18,145 nt of DNA from Octopus sinensis. Lineage: Eukaryota. Numbering within the stretch: position 1 is the stretch's first letter; each line of letters begins with the position of its first letter. The notes under the pieces are model-generated. The model did not search any database, was not told the DNA's origin, and saw only the letters and a program-made list of their open reading frames with translations. Below are positions 1 to 7,605 of the stretch, one piece after another. The stretch is taken from positions 1 through 18,145 of the forward strand of contig NW_021824558.1 in the NCBI RefSeq assembly GCF_006345805.1, read 5' to 3'. Made by a program: the position numbers and the translations under genes.

Positions 1-48
1 CTAAGCATTTCGCCCGGCGTGTTACGTTTCTTCCAGCTCGCCGCCTTA
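1..48 (-). mobile_element. SINE family A, 5' end (cut by window edge)
   Basis: Reverse complement TAAGGCGGCGAGCTGGAAGAAACGTAACACGCCGGGCGAAATGCTTAG matches the heads of the in-window copies at 2196-2429 and 11542-11778. Confidence 0.85.
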
Positions 49-220
49 CACATTCACACACACACAGTGTTGCAGAAATATCCTTAGTCAAACAAAAAAT
101 GTTTGCACATGAAAGACAAGTTACTTAACACATTTGAAGGTACGGTACGCTGTTTTATATTTCAATATGTTATATACGACATGCAAGGGCAGCATTTAAT
201 CAGAAAAGGTATTATAAGAA

Positions 221-545
221 AGGGTAAAGAAACGCCTTCGGTCATGAATGACGATGGGATTGCACCTAGAAAGTTCCCTTCCGAGGCTCAAATCTGTGCA
301 AAGTTGTCTATGGAAGACTAGCAGTTGCCCATATATACCAGCCTATCCTTAGCACGCCACTGATGTTATCCAAGGGAAAGGCAAAGGCCGATACAGCCTG
401 GTACCAGTGATGTCACAACTCATTTCTACAGCTGAGTGAACTGGAGCAATGTGAAATAAAGTTCGGCTTGCTCACGAACACAACACACAGCCCCGTCGAA
501 CTCACTACCTCATGATCGTGAGCCAGACGCTCTAACCACTGAGCC

Positions 546-547
<2 letters not shown>
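221..547 (-). mobile_element. tRNA-derived CORE-type SINE (family B; octopus OR2-like)
   Basis: Minus strand starts TGGCTCAGTGGTTAGAGC (A box, D-arm GCTC/GAGC), then GAGTTCGA (B-box-like), then GTGTTCGTGAGCAAGCCGAACTTTATTTCACATTGCTCCAGTTCACTCAGCTGTAGAAATGAG, which resembles the MIR/CORE domain. A related head and core occur at 12176-12410. The family name is from recall. Confidence 0.75.

Positions 548-632
<85 letters not shown>
548..632. repeat. (AT)n microsatellite
   Basis: Near-perfect AT dinucleotide run. Confidence 0.97.
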
Positions 633-639
<7 letters not shown>

Positions 640-764
640 CAATAGAGATAAAACCACTATTAGGCAAATCATACAATGAAAAACTTAAGCCAATACATAA
701 GATTAATTAATTTATATTATTTTAAATATATAGCAAAATTATTAAAAACAGATAATGAATATAA

Positions 765-827
765 CACTACGATCGTTTCATGGCTGTCCAATTCGTAAAA
801 ATTCAAGTTACAGTCAATCTTCAGGTG
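765..827 (-). ncRNA. Type I hammerhead ribozyme motif, canonical core (probably Penelope-like-element derived)
   Basis: Minus strand: CAC-[CTGAAGA]-T-TGACTGT..22 nt..ACAGCCA-T-[GAAA]CGATCG[TA]-GTG. Stem I CAC/GTG; stem II 6 of 7 pairs plus a U-U at its base; stem III is the palindrome ACGATCGT; GUA cleavage triplet. Confidence 0.7.
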
Positions 828-942
828 ATTGAAATATTTATCTTAGCGAGGTTTAACAATACACACACATACATACCGGAGTAAGCACATGAATGTGAAA
901 CTAGGTATAAAAAAAGAGTACTCAAATACCAGATGTAGAGTA

Positions 943-1135
943 ATATGCTTTATTTAGGAGCAGCAGAAATATAACAAAAGCTGTTACTCAGAGTTTCACG
1001 TTCCCGTTCGTGGGACAGTTTTGTTAAAATTGAACAAAGGTGTATCCTTTAACTATGTTAAAACTGTCCGACGAACGGGAACGTGAAACTCTGAGTAACA
1101 GCTTTTGTTATATTTCTACTGCTTTTAAATAAAGC

Positions 1136-1139
<4 letters not shown>
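943..1139. repeat. 80-bp inverted repeat (943-1022 / 1060-1139), 37-nt spacer; probable inverted PLE pseudo-LTR pair
   Basis: The arms match at 76/80 positions by manual alignment; each arm carries a hammerhead-like motif. Confidence 0.9.
1064..1101 (+). ncRNA. Minimal type I hammerhead-like motif (U4C core variant)
   Basis: CTGT-[CCGACGA]-ACG-GGAA-CGT-[GAA]ACTC-T-GAG[TA]-ACAG. Stems I, II and III all pair; stem III is a quasi-palindrome with a 1-nt loop. The mirror copy at 981-1018 (-) additionally has G5C. Confidence 0.6.
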
Positions 1140-1174
<35 letters not shown>

Positions 1175-1177
1175 ATA

Positions 1178-1344
1178 GGGAGAGTTTACGAAAAAAACAA
1201 AAGACGGAGACAGGTGGTGTACAAAACAAACAGATGTATTTGTATAACGCTCAGGAATATAGAAAAAGTCTTTTACCTTTCGAGCCTATGCTCTTCTACA
1301 GAAAGGGGACACAGAAAAAACAAGGAGAGAGAAACAAGGAGAGA

Positions 1345-1345
<1 letters not shown>
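1178..1345 (-). mobile_element. Interspersed repeat unit 1 carrying a minimal hammerhead-like motif at 1270-1305 (PLE pseudo-LTR-like)
   Basis: Clearly related to 1390-1575 (shared GTATAACGCT and AAAGTCTTT..TTTCGAGCCTAYGCTCTTCYACAGAAAGG); flanked by (TA)n on both sides. Confidence 0.55.
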
Positions 1346-1389
<44 letters not shown>

Positions 1390-1392
<3 letters not shown>

Positions 1393-1575
1393 GGAAAATT
1401 CACAAAAAAGAAAAAAAAACAAAAGTCGAAGTGGTATAGATAACAATCTGATGAATTAGTATAACGCTTGGGAAGTGATAAAGTCTTTAATGTTTCGAGC
1501 CTACGCTCTTCCACAGAAAGGAACACAGAAAGAAACAACGAGGGAAAATAAAGAATGTGTAGTGGCTAGCGATCT
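1390..1575 (-). mobile_element. Interspersed repeat unit 2 carrying a minimal hammerhead-like motif at 1485-1520
   Basis: Diverged paralog of 1178-1345, separated from it by (AT)n at 1346-1389. The right boundary is approximate. Confidence 0.55.
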
Positions 1576-1630
1576 ACCGGGCGTCCTCTTGTTGTTTGTT
1601 ATTGTTAATTCTTTTCTTCTTTTATTTATA

Positions 1631-1639
1631 AGAGAGAGA

Positions 1640-1690
<51 letters not shown>
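1631..1690. repeat. (GA)n microsatellite
   Basis: Direct reading. Confidence 0.95.
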
Positions 1691-1691
<1 letters not shown>

Positions 1692-2195
1692 AATATAAAC
1701 GAACAAATTTTGTGAGAATTGTTTCGCTGAGAATATTTATTCAATGTAAGCCTCATGCAATGTTTTGGATTACACAAAGCATATTGCAGTCCCCACGCTC
1801 ATCAGACGATATATAAAACAGAGTGATATGATGACTTGTCGAGTAATCGATTGATCCTTACACAAGCGAAGTTATAGTTAAAAGGGACCGATATATAAAA
1901 TGAGCAAAATGGAGGTATCATGAAACAAACAGACAATCAAAAATGGTATAGACCAGGTAGGGGAAGAATTATGATTCATAGTTATAGATCGTAAGATGTA
2001 AGAAAGTTACGGAGGATCATACATGTAATAAAGCAGATATTGACGCAGATAAACACATTAACTCCTTTAGACAGACGTTTATGGTGGCTCAAAAGGAGAA
2101 AGACCCATTTATCTTTATATTTTATTTTATATACATACATTTATACCCATATCAGATTCATTATACCCATATAGAATTCATACATGAACCCTATA

Positions 2196-2429
2196 TGTAT
2201 TTCTTTATTGCCCACAAGGAGCTAAACATAGAGGGGACAAACAAAGACAGACAAAGGGATTAAGTCGATTACACCGAGCCCAGTACGAAACTGGTACTTA
2301 ATTTATCGACCCCGAAAGGATGAAAGGCAAAGTCGACCTCGGCGGAATTTGAACTCAGAACGTAACCACAGACGAAATACAGCTAAGCATTTCGCTCGGC
2401 GCGCTAACGAGTCTGCCAGCTCGCCGCCT
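2196..2429 (-). mobile_element. SINE family A, full length, tail type 1
   Basis: Reverse complement aligns end to end with 11542-11778. A-box-like TGGCAGACTCGTTAG, B-box-like GAGTTCAAATTCC, central GTCGACTTTGCCTTTCATCCTTTCGGGGTCGATAAA. Confidence 0.9.
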
Positions 2430-2840
2430 GAATCCTATGAGCAAAATATATGTGTGTATGGGTGTGTGTGCATGTATATTATATGTTATTTAGAACGTAT
2501 GCCACGGGTTGTTAAAAGACGATTCTTTTTAAGAAAATACTCATTAAATATATTCGAAGTAACAACAGAAAAATCATTGAAAAATATACAACGGAATTTG
2601 GTGAAAATCAAGCATCACAAAATATATAAATAACGGAAAAAAAAATTGTAGTTAGTAGTAGTAACAAATAACAGAAAAAGTACTCAATACTACGAAAAGT
2701 GTGTGTTATTCTAACATGGTTGGTTGAATCAGGTATTGATAATTACGCAGTTTGTCAAGTCGCCATGTTGGAATACGCATAATATAGGGGGAAAAAAAGC
2801 TTCTGAAGAAGGTGAAAGAGCAGAAGATGGATAAGAATGG

Positions 2841-3222
2841 AAGCACTCCGTCGGTTACGACGACGAGGGTTCCGGTTGATCCGAATCAACGGAACAGCCT
2901 GCTCGTGAAATTAACGTGTAAGTGGCTGAGCACTCCACAGACACGTGTACCTTTAACGTAGTTCTCGGGGATATTCAGCGTGACACAGAGAGTGACAAGG
3001 CCGGCCCTTTGAAATACAGGTACAACAGAAACAGGAAGTAAGAGTGAGAGAAAGTTGTGGTGAAAGAGTACAGCAGGGATCACCACCATCCCCTGCCGGA
3101 GCCTCGTGGAGCTTTAGGTGTTTTCGCTCAATAAACACTCACAACGCCCGGTCTGGGAATCGAAACCGCGATCCTATGACCGCGAGTCCGCTGCCCTAAC
3201 CACTGGGCCATTGCACCTCCAC
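2841..3222 (-). mobile_element. tRNA-derived SINE (family D)
   Basis: Minus strand head GGAGGTGCAATGGCCCAGTGGTTAGGGC (D-arm GCCC/GGGC), B-box-like GGTTTCGATTCC, then a ~300-nt body ending GGAACCCTCGTCGTCGTAACCGACGGAGTGC. Only one copy in the window. Confidence 0.7.
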
Positions 3223-3502
3223 GAGGAATAAGAATAAAAACAAAAAAGAAAACAGAAGTTGAAGGAAGAGTAGTAGAAAAAAGGGGGGAGAAACTGATGA
3301 AGAAGGAAACGAAGTTGAAGAAAAGAGAAAAATAGAAAAAAGAAACAAGAGATTCCAGATCTACGTGATCAGCGTTGACCAGGGGTTAAAATACAAGACA
3401 GCCAAAAACGAAAAAGACAAAAGAAAAAGAATAAATAAATAAAGTTAATTAGCAATTAAGTAATTATAATAAAGAATCTGATATGAGAGAAGATCGACTT
3501 AC

Positions 3503-3549
3503 CTTTGTCTTGCGGTGTCAACGATGGAGAATCCAAGTGGCCGTTCGAC
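3503..3549 (-). other. Candidate 47-nt internal exon (phase 2 to 1 frame: SNGHLDSPSLTPQDK; alternative open frame VERPLGFSIVDTARQ)
   Basis: Minus strand TTCAACTTCTATTTCTTGCAG|GTCGAAC...GACAAAG|GTAAGT: pyrimidine-rich acceptor and a perfect donor consensus. No protein identity recognised. Confidence 0.35.
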
Positions 3550-3616
3550 CTGCAAGAAATAGAAGTTGAATCTCTGACTCTCAAAATGTAGATTGCCGTT
3601 CTTGAAATATATATAT

Positions 3617-4026
3617 TCTCTCTCTTTTACTCTTTTACTTGTTTCAGTCATTTGACTGCGGCCATGCTGGAGCACCGCCTTTAGTCGAGCAATCGACCCC
3701 GGGACTTAATCTTTGTAAGCCCAGTACTTATTCTATCGGTCTCTTTTGCCGAACCGCTAAGTGACGGGGACGTAAACACACCAGCATCGGTTGTCAAGCA
3801 ATGCTAGGGGGACAAACACAGACACACAAACACACACACACATATATATATACATATATACATATATACGACAGGCTTCTTTCAGTTTCCGTCTACCAAA
3901 TCCACTCACAAGGCATTGGTCGACCCGGAGCTATAGCAGAAGACACTTGCCCAAGGTGCCACGCAGTGGGACTGAACCCGGAACCATGTGGTTGGTTATC
4001 AAGCTACTTACCACACAGTCACTCCT
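3617..4026 (-). mobile_element. SINE family C (tRNA-like head, CORE-like start, internal (TA)n/(TG)n, AGAGTAAA-repeat tail), full length
   Basis: Reverse complement aligns with 7162-7605 and 14988-15337. Contains GGTTCCGGGTTCAGTCCC and CACCTTGGGCAAGTG. Confidence 0.88.
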
Positions 4027-4224
4027 CCTATATATATATATATATATATATAACATGCTAGATAATATTGTCACAGTTATATTGACTCAAATAAAGAGGG
4101 GGTGGTTACGGCCAGGATGCATTTTGATCACAGACCTGCTGTTTCTGAGTTTACTCGAGATGAAACATGAACAAACGATAATAGTAACAGTCTCTTGCAG
4201 AAACGTTGCATAATTAAAAAAAAG

Positions 4225-4435
4225 CTTTCTACTATAGGCACAAGGCCTGAAATTTTGGGGGAGGGGACTAGTCGATTTCATCGATTCCTGTTTCACTAGT
4301 ACTTAATTTATCGATCCCGAAAGGGTAAAACGCAAAGTCGACCTCGGCGGAATTTGAACTCAGAACGTAAAGACGGACGAAATGCCGCTAAGCATTTCGT
4401 CCAGCGTGCTAACGATTCTGCCAGCTCGCTCCCTT
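4225..4435 (-). mobile_element. SINE family A, full length, tail type 2
   Basis: Head and body match the other A copies. Minus-strand tail CCCCTCCCCCAAAATTTCAGGCCTTGTGCCTATAGTAGAAAG as in 11941-12157. Confidence 0.88.
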
Positions 4436-4447
4436 AATAATAATAGT

Positions 4448-4562
4448 CCTTCCTACTAAAGGCATAAGGCCGGAGAATTTTTGGGAGGGAACGTAGCGAC
4501 AAATGAAATACTGCTAAGCATTTCATCCAGCGTGGTAAAGATTCTGCCAGTTCACTGCCTTC
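4448..4562 (-). mobile_element. SINE family A, internally deleted tandem copy
   Basis: The head is joined directly to tail type 2; the B-box and central part are missing. Confidence 0.75.
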
Positions 4563-4984
4563 AATAATAATGATAGTAAGAAATGCCCTGATGCAGTACA
4601 AGGCAGTGGCTTTCGTGGCTTCTGACCTCAAATGACTGGAAGTGTTATCATGTACATTGTTTTGTTTTGGTATAAAAGATGGGCTACAGCAAATATTCTG
4701 CTCAATACCACAGATCTGCTTGTCAGTTGTTTGACCATAACCAGTTGACCATATCTCTTAGTGGCTGACGATATGTGCATCTCTGATCACAAGCAGAAGT
4801 AGTGGGAGAGCATCATAGCCGTGTGTAGAAAGGAATTCTTAGAGGTTTGGATAATTCACCTTTGGAAACATGGTGGTTTATTCAACATCCTTAAACAACT
4901 TCTTTTCAGTAATTTTAGAGGAGAAGGTTAGTCGATAACTTTAGCCAGCAATTTAAGAGAAGGTTAGTCGATAACAGTGTCGAA

Positions 4985-5148
4985 AGTTAGTCGATAATAG
5001 TTTCTCCAGTACTTGATTGGTACTTTAACGACTTGAAAGTATAAAAGGTGAAGTTGACTAGAATTTGAACTCAGAACATAAAGAACTGGAAGAAATGCCA
5101 CTAAGCATTTATTCTGACGCGCTCATCCATCTGTCCACTCACCGCTTT
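4985..5148 (-). mobile_element. Diverged SINE family A, preceded by a local triplication of AGTTAGTCGATAA-like sequence (4921-4997)
   Basis: GAATTTGAACTCAGAAC and CTAAGCATTT landmarks; GAGAAGGTTAGTCGATAAC at 4921 and 4957. Confidence 0.6.
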
Positions 5149-5280
5149 AGCTGGAAAGACTATTGCCACTTAGCTCGCTTTACCAATTCTGGTAAAATAA
5201 TTTCACGTATTTCGCTCCCAACTATGGAATAAATTCAAAGCATAATCAAGTTTCATGCGGACGATGCTGATAATACCGGT

Positions 5281-5515
5281 TTACTTTCTTGTTACTGCCA
5301 TTGGACTGTGGCCATGATGGGGGCAGTAGTTTGTAGGGTTTTAGTCGAACAAACCGACGCTAGTACTTATTTTTGTTTTTTTGATAGTTTGGTACTTATT
5401 CTATGGATCTCTTTTGCCGGACGGCTAAGTTGTTGGGACAAAAAACCAACAACGGTTGTAAAGCGTTCTGGTGGTGGTTGACAAACGCAAAACCCCGCAC
5501 AAACGTAGAGATATA
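5281..5515 (-). mobile_element. Diverged 3' half of SINE family C
   Basis: GACTGTGGCCATG, TTTAGTCGAAC and GTACTTATTCTATGGATCTCTTTTGCCG match 3617-3830. Confidence 0.6.
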
Positions 5516-5664
5516 CAATATTTTACTTCCGTCGAGTTACTCTCTGGTTGCTCCGAGTTTTCGTCTGTAGGAACACAGGGTCTTCAGACGTTGTAACTTG
5601 CATGAAGTCTTTGTGCAAGACTCGAAGTAGCAGTTTTTTCAATTGCATGAACTAAAAGTCGGAG

Positions 5665-5792
5665 GGGACGGGATAAACTATCTGCATCAACTTGCTATGA
5701 AATCAGGTAGTAATTTTACCTTGTGTTTATTCTTAGTGCAAGTTTTGAAGAGTGCAGTTTGATTTTAACAGTTATTTTTTCAAAGCTATAAT
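5665..5792 (+). mobile_element. Probable 5' end/UTR of the mariner element interrupted by the LINE
   Basis: Ends in CAAAGCTATAAT, whose last AT completes an in-frame ATG with 7065 onward once the LINE is removed. The left boundary/TIR is only estimated. Confidence 0.45.
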
Positions 5793-7063
5793 TAGTTAGT
5801 TAGTTAGTTAGTTAATTTGGCTCAAAAGCAAATAGCAAGGCCATGTAGGGGGACATGGAGTTAAGTACAGGGTGGTGTTCATGTAAAGAGTTCAGACCAC
5901 TTGAGGTCCAGGGAGGCTTTGAACAAAGCGGTCGTCGGCATCTTCACCATCTCGTCTGGCAGCTTGTTCCACGGATCCGCAACCCGGACGGAGAAAGCTC
6001 CTCTCCTTCGATTGAGATGAAATCGTCGCAGGTAGAGCTTTTCGGAATGACCCCGCAGCCGACGCTCTGGAGCAGGAGTGAAGAACAGCTCTTTCGAGAG
6101 GTTACACTATCCGCTTATGATGTTGTGGGCGAGAATGAGATCACCACGGCGGCGGCGTTTTTCAGGAGAATAAAGGTCGAGCGTCCTCAGCCTTTCTTCA
6201 TAGGACAAATTTTTGAGACCATGAACCATGGGGGTAGCCAGCTTCTGGACTCTTTCGAGATGCTGTATGTCTTTGAGGAGATAAGGAGAAGAGGCTTGAA
6301 TCCCATACTCCAATATGGGTCTCACCAGCGTGACATAGAGTGGTAGGAATATGGCTGCTATGAGCATTCTGAATGACCGTCGAATCAAGAACAGAATTCC
6401 GCGTGCTTTGTTGGCAGCATGGACGCACTGGGCCGAAGGCGAAAAGGAGGAATCCACCAAGATACCCAGGTCCTTTACCTGATCGGTCCTCTCCAGCAGC
6501 AGACGACCCGGCTCGAAATCAAGTTGAGTTGCAGGAGTAGAGCCGACAGGCAGATGACAGCACTTTGACACGTTCAGACACAGGTCCCAATCGTTAGACC
6601 ACTTCCAAATTTGGTGGAGGCATCGACGAAGATCCTCTATATTACCGCGAGGAGCGACCAGTTTGATATCGTCGGCAAATAGAAGGGTGTGTTGCGTGAG
6701 GTCGTCGGGCAAGTCATTTATGAAGACTAAGAACAACAAGGGCCCAAGCACTGAACCTTGAGGCACGCCACTGCTCGCACTGGAGACGTCGGACCGCGAA
6801 CCATTAACTTGGACTTGGAAGGAGCGATCTGCGAGGAAGGCACCAACCCATCGTACAATATCCGGATGGAAACTATATGCTTGAAGCTTGACAAGTAATA
6901 GGTGGTGGTTTACCGAGTCAAAAGCTTTGGCAAAGTCCAATAAAACGATGTCAACAGCATCACTATCATCGAGGATGCGCGTCACCAATTCTTCCATTAC
7001 CAGTAAGTTGGTCAAGCATGATCTCTTCGGCACGAAGCCGTGTTGGGAATCAGAGATAGAGGC
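5793..7063 (-). mobile_element. 5'-truncated CR1-like non-LTR retrotransposon
   Basis: RT ORF, short 3' UTR with a CCATGT/ACATGG hairpin (5841-5858), (TAAC)5 tail (5792-5815). No endonuclease domain is present. Confidence 0.92.
5879..7063 (-). pseudogene. LINE ORF2 reverse transcriptase fragment with a premature TAG at 6107-6109; the same frame continues 75 aa to TGA at 5879-5881
   Basis: Motifs QHGFVPKRSCLTNLL, LDFAKAFDSV, GVPQGSVLGPLLF, LFADDIKL (6668-6679 = FADD), LERVQK..LSYEERL, and after the stop RGHSEKL..AFSVRVADPWNKLP, typical of CR1-clade C-termini. The track's start at 7075 is a TTG lying in the mariner flank. Confidence 0.9.
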
Positions 7064-7161
7064 TGGTAGTGACAAAGGAGCATATTCGGCATATTTTGCT
7101 TTATGAGTTCATTAAAGGTAAAAAGGCAATGGAAAGTGCAAGGAATATTAATGAAGTATAT
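7064..7161 (+). pseudogene. Mariner (Tc1/mariner) transposase N-terminal HTH fragment
   Basis: VVTKEHIRHILLYEFIKGKKAMESARNINEVY matches the mariner N-terminal pattern (R-ILLYEF-KG--A---ARNIN-VYG). It is cut off by the SINE at 7162. Confidence 0.75.
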
Positions 7162-7319
7162 AGCTGTGTGGTAAGAAACTTGCTTCCCGACCGCATGGTT
7201 CCGGGTTCAGTCCCACTGCTAGGTACCTTGGGCAAGTGCCTTCTACTGTAGCCTCAAGCCGACCAAAGCCTTGTGAGTGGATTTGGTAGACAGAAACTGA
7301 AAGAAGCCTGTCGTGTGTG

Positions 7320-7382
<63 letters not shown>

Positions 7383-7605
7383 CGACGGGCTTTATATATA
7401 TATACGCGTGTGTGTGTGTGTATCTTTGTCCGCCATCACCGCTTAACAACTGGTGTTGGTGTGTTTCCATCCCCGTAACATAGCGATTCGGCAGAAGAGA
7501 CCGACATAATAAGTACTAGGCTTCAAGAATAAGTCGTTTGGCTGATTTGTTCGACTAAAACCCTTCAAGGCGGTGCTCCAGCATGGCCGAAACAAATAAA
7601 AGAAT
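7162..7605 (+). mobile_element. SINE family C, full length, with internal (AT)n at 7324-7382
   Basis: Aligns to the reverse complement of 3617-4026. Confidence 0.88.

Noticed and set aside
413-1816. ORFs with IYIYIY or ERERER runs (413-676, 1234-1443, 1296-1538, 1475-1816)
   Set aside because: They read through (AT)n or (GA)n microsatellites and repeats; no protein similarity.
2061-2100. CTCCTTT/AAAGGAG hairpin enclosing a TAAACGTC motif (minus strand), superficially like a minimal hammerhead
   Set aside because: No CUGANGA, no GAAA and no stem II.
221-3222. tRNA-like heads at about 480-547 and 3150-3222 as tRNA genes
   Set aside because: The D-arm pairs, but the T-arm and acceptor stem do not, and each continues into a SINE body.
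2800-3320. CTGAAGA..GAAA at about 2803 and CTGATGA..GAAA at about 3294
   Set aside because: Purine-rich low-complexity context; no pairing for stems I-III.
4575-4890. Segment I recall as a common octopus interspersed repeat
   Set aside because: No second copy, termini or coding signal in this window, so it cannot be supported from the sequence alone.
5855-7106. Plus-strand ORFs 5855-6346 and 6888-7106, and minus-strand ORF 6198-6428
   Set aside because: Antisense or alternative-frame shadows of the LINE RT.
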